DNA of 64,000 bases from Rubripirellula sp. GTDB taxonomy: Bacteria > Planctomycetota > Planctomycetia > Pirellulales > Pirellulaceae. The number at the start of each line of letters is the position of its first letter. Position 1 is the first letter of the stretch. The position numbers were made by a program, and so were the translations under genes. This document shows positions 29,400 to 38,220 of this stretch, piece after piece. A model generated the notes under the pieces. The model saw nothing but the letters and a program-made list of their open reading frames with translations, searched no databases and was not told the origin of the DNA. The DNA lies in NCBI GenBank assembly GCA_965216875.1, contig OZ244207.1, forward strand, positions 4,704,001 to 4,768,000, in the 5' to 3' direction.

Positions 29400-30577
29400 C
29401 TCAACGAGAACGCTTACTCTCAATCCTTGTCGGTGGTTTGTTACTGGCAACCGTAGTTTGGTGGGGACTCAGCAAGTATCGCGGCGCGGTCAAAACGCGT
29501 CAGACCGCGATTACCAATCTCGAGTCGGATCGAGCCCGGATCGACGAACAAATCATGCAAGGCTTCCTTGCCGAGCGCACGATGGGCGAATACCTCGTTC
29601 GATCGCTACCGAGCGACACCAACCGTGCGCGAGGTGTCTACCAACAATGGCTCTTGGACATCGGCCAAAGCAATCAGTTTGATGATCTCGCCGTTGATCC
29701 CATCACGACCACACCCGTGGGCGACCTTTATCGGCGTCTCGGCTTTCGCATGTCGGGGAAAACAACCAAGCCTGACTTGGTTCGCATGCTGCACGCATTC
29801 TATGCAAAGGACTACTTGCACCGAATCCGTGAACTGTCCGTCCGCCCCAACAAGACCGACTCGTTCACCGTCGAAATGACCATTGACGTCGTCGCACTCA
29901 ACGCTGCTCCTGCGGACGCCCAGGCGCCAGCGGGTCGTTCTTGGCATGTTGATGGAGATGTTGCCAGCTATCTCGATCCGATCATGAATCGCAACTACTT
30001 CGAGCCGCCCAATGGGGCGCCTCGCTACAGCGGCAATGCGCGACAGGAAGCCTTTGTCGGTCGAAACACGCCGATCCCTCTAACCTTTAGTGACCCCGAA
30101 AAGGACCGCGTCAACGTCGAAGTCGTTGGTGAACTGCCTGAGTATGTCACGTTCGATCAAGGCAGCGGCACCCTTCGTGTCAATTCGGAAGAGAAACGTG
30201 AATTCACGGTTCTCGTTCGCGGAACCGACGAAGGCTACCCCAACCGATCGATCGAACAGGAAGTCAAGATCGCCGTCGTCGACCCACCCAAACCGCCACC
30301 ACCACCGGCGCCAAAACTCAAGTTTGATGATGCAACCCAGACCGTGCTAACCGGGCTGACGCACGGTCGCGACGACTGGACGGCATGGATGCACGTTCGC
30401 ACCCGCGGCAAGACCTTGAAATTGCGGGTTGGCGACCAGTTCGAAATCGGCAGTCTGAAAGGGGAAGTGATCGAGGTCACACCAAAGTTTGTCGAACTGG
30501 AAATCGCGGGCAAACGGTTCACTCTTAAGCCAAACGGCAATCTGAAAGAGGCCGCTGATAACTCGCAAGTCAACTAG
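29396..30577 (+). CDS. PilO/GspM-like protein fused to cadherin-like and PilP/GspC-like domains
   Basis: MTQRER plus TM plus coiled coil; NGAP...DPE.D...TD.GYP cadherin-type motifs; poly-Pro linker; beta-rich C-terminus. Confidence 0.72.
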   Translation: MTQRERLLSILVGGLLLATVVWWGLSKYRGAVKTRQTAITNLESDRARIDEQIMQGFLAERTMGEYLVRSLPSDTNRARGVYQQWLLDIGQSNQFDDLAVDPITTTPVGDLYRRLGFRMSGKTTKPDLVRMLHAFYAKDYLHRIRELSVRPNKTDSFTVEMTIDVVALNAAPADAQAPAGRSWHVDGDVASYLDPIMNRNYFEPPNGAPRYSGNARQEAFVGRNTPIPLTFSDPEKDRVNVEVVGELPEYVTFDQGSGTLRVNSEEKREFTVLVRGTDEGYPNRSIEQEVKIAVVDPPKPPPPPAPKLKFDDATQTVLTGLTHGRDDWTAWMHVRTRGKTLKLRVGDQFEIGSLKGEVIEVTPKFVELEIAGKRFTLKPNGNLKEAADNSQVN

Positions 30578-30664
30578 CGATCTTGGCATCGCCGCTTTGC
30601 AGTACTTGCCTTGTCAACGATACTGCAACAGCGTCCGATCCATCACTCGTCGACTTGCGAAAGT

Positions 30665-31426
30665 ATGACACAGGCCTCTGCAATCACCTGTGACGCCGTT
30701 TCGGTCCGATTCGGCGGCGCATCGAAAACGTCTACGCTGGCTGTCGACGCAGTCGATTTGGCTGTGCCGGCAGGCAAAATCACGGCGTTGATCGGACCCA
30801 GTGGCTGTGGCAAAACCACTCTGCTGCGGCTGATGGCAAATCTGCAATCGGCCACCAGCGGAACGGTTCGGCTTGAACCACCCGCCGACGGTCGCAAAGG
30901 CGAAATCGCGTTTGTGTTTCAGCAACCCGCGCTCCTTCCCTGGGCAAGCGCACTTGCCAATGTGATGCTGCCTCTGAAACTGGCTCGCACACGGAACCGT
31001 GGCCGCGACGCCGCGATGGAACTGCTTGAAACCGTTGGCCTTGCCGATGCCGCCCATCGCTATCCCGACCAACTTTCCGGCGGCATGAAAATGAGAGTGT
31101 CGATCGCTCGGGCGCTGGTCACCGAACCCAAGGTGTTGCTGCTCGACGAACCGTTTGCCGCGCTCGATGACATGCTGAGGAACACGCTGGGTGACCTTCT
31201 GCTCGAACTTTGGCAAACACGCCGATTCACAACCGTCATAGTGACGCACAACATCGCTGAAGCGATTCAATTGTCACATCAAATTGGTGTCATGGGCCAT
31301 GGCCACCTCACGCAAGTGATCGACAATCCGATGCCTTTCCCTCGATCACAATCGCTGCGCCGAACCCCCGAGTTTGGCCAGTTCTATGGTCGCGTCAGCG
31401 ATGCATTGCGAGGCGATCATGAGTGA
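30665..31426 (+). CDS. NitT/TauT-family ABC ATP-binding protein
   Basis: GPSGCGKT, VFQQPALLPW, LSGGMKMR, LLLDEPFAALD, VTH. Confidence 0.92.
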   Translation: MTQASAITCDAVSVRFGGASKTSTLAVDAVDLAVPAGKITALIGPSGCGKTTLLRLMANLQSATSGTVRLEPPADGRKGEIAFVFQQPALLPWASALANVMLPLKLARTRNRGRDAAMELLETVGLADAAHRYPDQLSGGMKMRVSIARALVTEPKVLLLDEPFAALDDMLRNTLGDLLLELWQTRRFTTVIVTHNIAEAIQLSHQIGVMGHGHLTQVIDNPMPFPRSQSLRRTPEFGQFYGRVSDALRGDHE

Positions 31427-32237
31427 TACGCCATCTCGCAAATCGGCGACGACTCAATCGCTCGGTGACTGCTCGAAACTGCTGGCCCTTCATCTCGGCG
31501 TTTTTGTCGGCGTTGGTTTGGCGGGACTTGCGGCCTGGCAGTTCGTGGTTGCGATCTTCGATATTCCTCCTGCAGTCTTACCAACTCCGCTGCAAGTCGC
31601 GGGCGCGGGCTGGGATGAACGCGAGGCACTTTGGGAAGGCATGATCACGACGGCAGCCGCTGCGGTAATCGGCCTCGCAGTCGCCATTGTCATTGGTTGC
31701 ACGATTGCGATTGCCTTCAGTCAGTCACGTAGCATCCGAATGGCGTTCTTTCCTTATGTGATCTTTTTGCAAACCGTGCCCATCGTCGCCATTGCACCGC
31801 TGTTGATCATTTGGAGCGGCTATCAGTTTCGCACAGTCGTGATCGTGACCGTGATCATCTGTTTGTTCCCGATTGTCAACAACGTCACGCACGGTTTGAT
31901 GACGGTCAATCGTGAGCTGGCTGATCTCTTTCGACTCTATGGAGCCTCGCGTTCACAGCAACTTCTTCGGCTTCAAATTCCGACCGCCGTACGCTCACTG
32001 ATTGTGGGTGCAAAAACGAGCAGTGGTCTGGCCGTGATCGGCGCGATCCTGGCCGACTTCTTTGTCGGCAGTGGCAGTGGCTACAGTGGACTCGGCACGC
32101 GCATGACGCTGTGGCAGGGCAACTTGCGAACCGACGCTTTGATCGCCGCCATTGCCGCCTCGACTTTGTTGGGAATGTTACTTTTCGGCGGCGTCCAGCT
32201 CGTCGGCACAACAATCCTTCGCCGCTGGACACGATAG
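31419..32237 (+). CDS. NitT/TauT-family ABC permease
   Basis: LPTP, QTVPIVAIAPL, LFRLYGASR EAA-like loop. Confidence 0.9.
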   Translation: MSDTPSRKSATTQSLGDCSKLLALHLGVFVGVGLAGLAAWQFVVAIFDIPPAVLPTPLQVAGAGWDEREALWEGMITTAAAAVIGLAVAIVIGCTIAIAFSQSRSIRMAFFPYVIFLQTVPIVAIAPLLIIWSGYQFRTVVIVTVIICLFPIVNNVTHGLMTVNRELADLFRLYGASRSQQLLRLQIPTAVRSLIVGAKTSSGLAVIGAILADFFVGSGSGYSGLGTRMTLWQGNLRTDALIAAIAASTLLGMLLFGGVQLVGTTILRRWTR

Positions 32238-32251
32238 CTCTCGGTATCCCT

Positions 32252-32278
32252 ATTCGTGTGATTCGTGCCATTCGTGGT
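32252..32278. repeat. 9-bp period repeat (ATTCGTG-NN)x3
   Basis: ATTCGTGTG ATTCGTGCC ATTCGTGGT. Confidence 0.7.
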
Positions 32279-32421
32279 TCCTTCTTTCTCTGCCCACGCA
32301 GGTTGTGAACGCGCCAAATTCACAGGTCCCCAGCGTGTCTTGGCCGGTTGTGATGGTGAAGGTACTTGGTCCACAATGCAGTCCCGTTCCTGAATTGATA
32401 CTTCTACCGGTGAACTGTCAC

Positions 32422-33423
32422 GTGCATCACTTATCACGGTTTGTTTTGATTGCTTCTTTGTTGGTTGCCGCTGGCTGTTCAAAAGACTCAGCCGAGCAGT
32501 CCCCCGCGCAGTCTGCTGTCGGCCAATCGCAACCACAACAGACGATCGCCGTTCAACTCAATTGGTTCCCCGAAGCCGAACATGGCGGCATCTACCAAGC
32601 TGCCAACGACGGCACGTTCGACGATGCGGGAATCGATGTCGACATTCGCCCTGGCGCACATGCGACGCGTGTCGATGCCGAAGTCCATTTGGGACGATGC
32701 CAGTTTGCGGTGGCCAACGCCGACGATGTTGTGTTGTTTCGTGACAAAGGAATGGATATCGTCGCAGTGCTTGCCGTCGCCCAGAATCACCCTCGTTGCA
32801 TTTTGGTGCAAGAGGCAAGTGGTGTGACCGACTTTGAAGGGTTGGCTGGCATGACGCTGCAGAGTCAGGCCGGTCGTCCCTTTCTCGAATTCTTGCGTTC
32901 AAAAGGGTTGCTCGACCAAGTGGCCCAACGACCGTATCACGGCAGCGTATCGTCGCTCGTCGGCGACCCTAAGATTGCAGTGCAAGCCTATTCGTATTCC
33001 GAACCGTTGTTGGCCGAGCAACAAGGTGTGAAAGTACGCACGTTGATGGTCAGCGAGCTTGGCTGGAACCCGTATTCCAGCGTCCTGGTCACCTCCGGTG
33101 AATTGATTCGCCAGCAACCTGAGATGGTTCGTCAATTCGTCGAGGCAACTCAACAGGGATGGCAAAACTATTTGACCGAACCCGAGAAAGGTAACGGCGC
33201 CATTCTTGCTGCCAATAAAGACGGCATGACACCCGAAGCTCTCGAGTTCGGAAGCCGTCAACTTCGCGAGCTCGCCGTGCCCGACTCGATGGAGATGTCC
33301 CAGCTTGGCATGATGACCCGCGAGCGTTGGCAAACGCTCATCGATCAGATGGGCGAACTTGAGCTAGTCGAAGCCGACAAGATCAAAGCCGACGACTGCT
33401 TCACGACCGAGTTTCTGCCGTAG
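32422..33423 (+). CDS. ABC substrate-binding lipoprotein, NMT1/THI5-like
   Basis: Lipobox VAAGC; QLNWFPEAEHGGIYQA. Confidence 0.88.
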   Translation: MHHLSRFVLIASLLVAAGCSKDSAEQSPAQSAVGQSQPQQTIAVQLNWFPEAEHGGIYQAANDGTFDDAGIDVDIRPGAHATRVDAEVHLGRCQFAVANADDVVLFRDKGMDIVAVLAVAQNHPRCILVQEASGVTDFEGLAGMTLQSQAGRPFLEFLRSKGLLDQVAQRPYHGSVSSLVGDPKIAVQAYSYSEPLLAEQQGVKVRTLMVSELGWNPYSSVLVTSGELIRQQPEMVRQFVEATQQGWQNYLTEPEKGNGAILAANKDGMTPEALEFGSRQLRELAVPDSMEMSQLGMMTRERWQTLIDQMGELELVEADKIKADDCFTTEFLP

Positions 33424-33564
33424 GTCATGCTCCGCATGACTCAAAGCAGTAGGTCATGCTCCGCATGACACTTTCCCACGATACGTAAACCGAACGCAGT
33501 TCCTCGGGCGATCGGGGATTTGCGTTTGATTCCTCAGGGCCCGTCGCTAGCGCGTTCGGCTCAC
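33420..33564. repeat. REP cluster: family D GTAGGTCATGCTCCGCATGAC x2 (33420, 33449) and family A (-) at 33538
   Basis: GTAG followed by the GTCATGC/GCATGAC palindrome. Confidence 0.88.
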
Positions 33565-33598
33565 AGGACATTTGGGGCGTGTAAGCACACCCCTCAAA

Positions 33599-34483
33599 TC
33601 ATGCGGCACGGCGGCGTGGGGTTCCCGGACCAATGTGTTGGCCGAGCGTCTCGATTTCGAGCCGCAACAATTGGCGTGCCACATCGTCGGCCGAAGGACG
33701 ACCTTGCGGGTCAGCGCTGACCATGTCGGCGGCCAGTGCGGCGACCGGTGCCATTTGGCTGCGCGTGAGTGACGTTTCACTTGCGACACAGTTGTCGAGA
33801 ATGCGTCCAAGAGCGTAGACATCGATGGGTGGCATCGCCGCCATGTGGTCGACCAACGACTCAGGAGCCGCGTAGTCCGGAGTTCCGCGAAAACGCCCCG
33901 GCGACACCGTATTGGCACGCGTCGCAAAGCTGAGATCGACCAGTGTGACGTGTCCGCGCGGACCAACGATCACGTTTGCCGGTTTCACATCGGAGTGCAC
34001 CCACCCGGCGACGTGCAGCGCATCGAGCGCTTGAGCGATTTGGCGCACAATCCAAAGCAGCACCGGCATTGGCCGCTCGGGGTTGTCCGCTGTGAACTGG
34101 TCAAGCGTACGTCCCTCGAGTCGCGGCATCACAACGTAGGGTGCCGCTCCGGTTGCCGATGCATCGAGCACCGCAACCAGATTCGGATGACTAGCCGAAG
34201 CTGCTGCGGCGGCGTAGCGAGCGATCTGCCCGCACGCTTCGGCATCGTCGCGCCGTAGTGCGCGTTTGATCACATAGTCCCAGCGCGGACTTGTACCTGC
34301 ATCGGCAGGTTGAGCAACGGTCAACTCTGCAGTCTCGCTGCGATGAAACGGACGTCCCAGCCGCCAAATCCCAAGGATCGACGGTCGTGCATCCATGTCC
34401 GGGCTTGAAGCACCCTCCGAGTTCGAGACACGAACCTTTGAACGCGAGAAACCCGAACTCTTCACAGCAGCCATCCTTTGCAA
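33599..34483 (-). CDS. Hanks-type Ser/Thr protein kinase (atypical motifs)
   Basis: YVIK, HPNLV, HSDVKPAN, DLSFA, GTPDYAAPE, DVYALG. Start could be 34474 or 34396. Confidence 0.85.
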   Translation of the reverse strand: MQRMAAVKSSGFSRSKVRVSNSEGASSPDMDARPSILGIWRLGRPFHRSETAELTVAQPADAGTSPRWDYVIKRALRRDDAEACGQIARYAAAAASASHPNLVAVLDASATGAAPYVVMPRLEGRTLDQFTADNPERPMPVLLWIVRQIAQALDALHVAGWVHSDVKPANVIVGPRGHVTLVDLSFATRANTVSPGRFRGTPDYAAPESLVDHMAAMPPIDVYALGRILDNCVASETSLTRSQMAPVAALAADMVSADPQGRPSADDVARQLLRLEIETLGQHIGPGTPRRRAA

Positions 34484-34767
34484 GCAGAACTAGAGACACG
34501 CCAACCAACGACCCCTCTCATTGGCAGAGATTCCTCTGCATCGAGAGTGTTTGTCGGGGAGGCCACAGGGAGCTTGTCCCGATGGCTTGGTTGCCGCCTC
34601 ACCCATCACAGATCGACGCCCCGAGCGTGTGGGTAGAGCAAAGGGTGATTAATCAAAAAAGCCAGCCTGTTCCCCCTATTTTCACACCGACACCGAGGGG
34701 CTTGCGCCCAATACCGTGGCCACACTCGCTAGGATGTTGCGATTGAGTTCTCGCACACGAGGAAAGC

Positions 34768-35238
34768 ATGTCGGACAACCTCGATCCGTCGCCGGATTTC
34801 AATCCTTACCAAGCCAGCGCAAGCGAAACACCTCAGCTTCATCAAGCCCCGCACACCGAGCAATCGGCCCGATCGCTGGCACGTTGGCAGATCTTCTTCG
34901 CCGTGCTCCTCGCGATCTGTTTCCTCGGGTCATTTGGTCTGATGGCGTTCAGCGTCCTAGCCTTCAACGATGGCGACGTGATCGCCATGATCGGAGGCCT
35001 CGGTTGCGTGATGCTCATCCTGACGATGCTTTTTTTGTTGCCAGCCATTCTCCTTTGGTTGGCCGCCCGTACGGCCCGTGAATTTGCCAACTCACCCGAC
35101 AGTGAGCGTTTAGCTAAACTCATTTCGAGCCAACTCACCCTTTGGCGCGCGATTGGGATCGTCGCGGCGATCCTGATCGGATTCTATGCATTCGTTGGGG
35201 TGGCGGGACTCGCCTTTGGCGCTTCGCCGGTAAACTAA
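34768..35238 (+). CDS. Membrane protein (DUF5362-like)
   Basis: NPYQAS N-terminal motif, three TMs, P.ILLW...Q..LWR..G pattern; GAGGA RBS. Confidence 0.75.
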   Translation: MSDNLDPSPDFNPYQASASETPQLHQAPHTEQSARSLARWQIFFAVLLAICFLGSFGLMAFSVLAFNDGDVIAMIGGLGCVMLILTMLFLLPAILLWLAARTAREFANSPDSERLAKLISSQLTLWRAIGIVAAILIGFYAFVGVAGLAFGASPVN

Positions 35239-35299
35239 CAGACTGCTTCCAACACGAAACGTTTTGTTGACCATCATTCAATCACGCAGGTGCACTCTC

Positions 35300-36385
35300 A
35301 TGCGTTGGACCCTCGTCGTTCTGCTGGCCGCTTTGACACTCGGCTGCAATCGCTCCTCTGACTCCACCACCCCGATCGCTTCCGAAGCCGACTCCAAATC
35401 CAATCGCTTGTCGACCGAAAGCAGCAACTTCCCCATGGACTGTGGCAAGTACACCGTCCTGGGAATCATGACGGACGACCAGGACAACAGCCGCGCAAAG
35501 GAAAACGTTGAAACGACCCTTTTGACACACCCGGACATCAACTGCATGGTCGGACTGTGGAGCAACAACACGCCGATGATTCTGGCCGGCCTGAGAAGTA
35601 GCGACGCGGTCGGAAAAGTAAAAGTCGTCGCCTTCGACGAGCATGTCGAAACGCTCGCCGGAATCCAGGAAGGCAACGTGCACGGCACGATCGTGCAAAA
35701 CCCGTATGGGTTTGGCTACCGCAGCGTCGAGTGGCTCACCATGCTCGCCAAAGGTGAAAAGGTCGACGTTCCAGACTCGAGCCTACTGTTCATCCCACAC
35801 AAGACGATCACACCAGATAACGTCGAAGAGTTTTCCAACGGAATGGACGCCATCAAAGCCGGCAACGGACCGATGATGTCGCCCGATTCGAAGCTGGACG
35901 GCAAGGGCGTTCGCGTCGCCTTCATCACCAACAGCGTTGATCCGTTCTGGACCATCGCCGAATTTGGCTGCAACAAAGCAGCAGAGCAGTTCGGTTGTGA
36001 AGTCAACGTGCAAATGCCGACCAACGGGACGATCGAAGAACAAAAGCGTTTCTTGGAAACAAACGTCACCAACAAACTCGATGGCCTCGCGATCAGCCCG
36101 ATCGCACCCGACAACCAGGTTGAGATGATCAACGATGCCTGTAAGGCGATGACCGTCCTGTGCCAGGACAGCGACGCTCCCGCCTCAAAACGTGAGTTCT
36201 ACCTCGGCACCAGCAACTACATGGCGGGCCGCGCCGCTGGGAAGTTGATCAAAGATGCAATTCCTGACGGCGGCAAAGTGATGCTTTACGTCGGCAAGAT
36301 GGAAGTCCTCAATGCGCAGGAGCGCAGCCAGGGCATCATTGACGAATTGGCCGACGAACCGGTGCCAGCGATGTTCCAGGAATAA
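35300..36385 (+). CDS. Sugar-binding lipoprotein (RbsB/class I PBP), circularly permuted
   Basis: Lipobox LTLGC; VVAFD and TIVQNPY..GY come before VAFITNSVDPFW, DSD, GTSNY.AG and ER..G. Confidence 0.88.
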   Translation: MRWTLVVLLAALTLGCNRSSDSTTPIASEADSKSNRLSTESSNFPMDCGKYTVLGIMTDDQDNSRAKENVETTLLTHPDINCMVGLWSNNTPMILAGLRSSDAVGKVKVVAFDEHVETLAGIQEGNVHGTIVQNPYGFGYRSVEWLTMLAKGEKVDVPDSSLLFIPHKTITPDNVEEFSNGMDAIKAGNGPMMSPDSKLDGKGVRVAFITNSVDPFWTIAEFGCNKAAEQFGCEVNVQMPTNGTIEEQKRFLETNVTNKLDGLAISPIAPDNQVEMINDACKAMTVLCQDSDAPASKREFYLGTSNYMAGRAAGKLIKDAIPDGGKVMLYVGKMEVLNAQERSQGIIDELADEPVPAMFQE

Positions 36386-36578
36386 GAGGCTGCTCGGTTC
36401 GAAACACCGCAAGCTTTGCTTGACCGGCACAATCGGAACACTTTGCCGCCAGCCAACCATTCGGGCCGCGATTTGTTTGGCGGCCGCCGGGACGGGCAAC
36501 CGAATAGCCACCTAGAGTGTGTTGTCGCACAAAAGCAACGTAACTCAACGAAACGTTGCCAATTCAGGGGGCCGTACC

Positions 36579-36776
36579 ATGTCAAGCATTTCACCCGCCG
36601 TCGGGCAGCTGCTACGAGCACAGAACGACGCGGTGCGCCAGCAGATCGATACGACGCTGTTGAAAAAGAACCTTGACGCTCAAAAACAGGCCGGCGACGC
36701 CGCCAACGCTTTGCTCGAACAAGCCGTCAAAGTCCAAGAGCAAATCTCAGCCGGTTACCTCGACGTCCGCGTCTAG
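36579..36776 (+). CDS. Small protein, YjfB (putative motility protein)-like
   Basis: LLKKNLDAQKQAGDAANALLE...GYLDVRV pattern. Confidence 0.7.
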   Translation: MSSISPAVGQLLRAQNDAVRQQIDTTLLKKNLDAQKQAGDAANALLEQAVKVQEQISAGYLDVRV

Positions 36777-36779
36777 CGT

Positions 36780-36905
36780 GTAGGCCGGATCAAGGAGCGA
36801 CAGCGACGCAGATCCGGCACTCCTGTGAGCCGAACGCGCTAGCGTCGGGCACTCCTGAGCCGAACGCGCTAGCGTCGGGCCTTCCTAAGCCGAACGCGCC
36901 AGCGT
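36780..36905. repeat. REP cluster: GTAGGCCGGATC...GATCCGGC hairpin, then three tandem family A copies (36825, 36856, 36886)
   Basis: 30-bp periodicity; third copy degenerate. Confidence 0.88.
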
Positions 36906-36933
36906 TTCAGATTGCTAGACTGCGCGCTCGAAA

Positions 36934-37042
36934 ACTCTCCCTTGGGAGAGTCGGGCTCCAAGGCCCGGAGAGGGTCTGCTTTTACAAAAATCATTCCCTC
37001 CCCGGACTTTGCGTTCGACCCTCCCGCAAGCGGGAGGGTGAT
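36934..37042. repeat. Family E composite palindromic repeat (CTCTCCCTTGGGAGAG...CCCTCCCGCAAGCGGGAGGG), copy 1
   Basis: Arms near-identical to 46952-47055; spacer differs. Confidence 0.88.
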
Positions 37043-37060
37043 TGCTGTCGCGCCCCCCCG

Positions 37061-38032
37061 CTACGCAAATGCCCTGCGCAACAAATCGAGGCTCTTGGGA
37101 ATCGCGGTCGCGTGCTTTTCTTTTCCCTCGAACTCGAGCGAGATGTAGCCGCGATAATCGACTTCGCGCAGGATCGCCGCGACTCGGTCGTAGTCAATAT
37201 CGAGGGTGTACCAGGTCCCGCCACCGAAATAGGTCTTGGCCTGAACGAAAACCGCTTCCGGCGCGAGCTCTTTGTACTGCGCGTACTGGTCTTCCAAAAA
37301 GTTGCCGGTGTCCAAGGTCGCACGCAACCACGGCGAATCGATCGCGTCGATCACACGCAAGACGCCGGCGGCTGTTCGGCCAAGGCCCCAGTGATTCTCT
37401 AATCCGAGAACGACGCCACATCGCTCGGCGGCCGGCAAACACTTTTCAAGCCCGTCGATCACCCACTCGAAACCATCATCATCGCTGTAGCCATCGAGCC
37501 GCGCTTCGATTCCCTTGTTCGCCATCAACTCGTCAAAGTTCTTGGACGTCCCCCAACGTCCGGTGTTCACACGAATGGTCGGAATCCCAAGGGCATAGGC
37601 CATTTCGATGCAGTCGATGGTGTGTTTGATGTTTTCTTGGCGTTTGGCTTTGTCGGGATAGACGAAGCTTTGGTGCGTCGAAAACCCGCAAAGATCGAGT
37701 CCGTGATGAAACGCCCGTTGTTTGATTCGCTGGAGCGCCGCATTGGAAGTGTCTTGCATCTGAACATGCAAGATCTCAACGCCATCGAAACCAGCCTCTG
37801 CGGCCAGATCGATGCACTCTTCAATGCCAAGTTTGCTGTCATCGCGATACCGCCAATAGGAATAGGTCGAGACAGCAATCCGGTTGGGACGGCGAACCTG
37901 GCCGCCGCCGGTGTTCTCTTTTTGGGTGGAGCCCTCTTTACCGAAGGCGGCGGTAGGCAGGCCACCAACAACCGCTGCGGCTGCACTTGCGGCGAGCAGA
38001 CGACGGCGAGAAACGTTCTGCGGCGAATTCAT
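37061..38032 (-). CDS. Tat-exported sugar phosphate isomerase/epimerase (AP-endonuclease-2-type TIM barrel)
   Basis: SRRRLL twin-Arg signal; GFDGVE, LENHW, DTGN, GYISLEFEG. Confidence 0.9.
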   Translation of the reverse strand: MNSPQNVSRRRLLAASAAAAVVGGLPTAAFGKEGSTQKENTGGGQVRRPNRIAVSTYSYWRYRDDSKLGIEECIDLAAEAGFDGVEILHVQMQDTSNAALQRIKQRAFHHGLDLCGFSTHQSFVYPDKAKRQENIKHTIDCIEMAYALGIPTIRVNTGRWGTSKNFDELMANKGIEARLDGYSDDDGFEWVIDGLEKCLPAAERCGVVLGLENHWGLGRTAAGVLRVIDAIDSPWLRATLDTGNFLEDQYAQYKELAPEAVFVQAKTYFGGGTWYTLDIDYDRVAAILREVDYRGYISLEFEGKEKHATAIPKSLDLLRRAFA

Positions 38033-38220
38033 AACAAGATCCCAATACCCGAAGCGAATCACATAGAAGTCAAGGAGCAACATCTTATCCCAAAACGGAC
38101 AGCCATTCGGTGGTTCCCTGTGCGTGAACCGCCGAAAGATGCCATCCTGAATACCAGCGGTTTCTTATCTCCGTTCAGCGACACAAAAGCTGAATCACCT
38201 TCACCCCGCGGGAGGGCAAA

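Noticed and set aside
36825..36905. 30-bp-period repeats as a CRISPR array
   Set aside because: Only ~4-5 nt between repeats, no unique spacers, no cas genes; the unit is dispersed REP family A.
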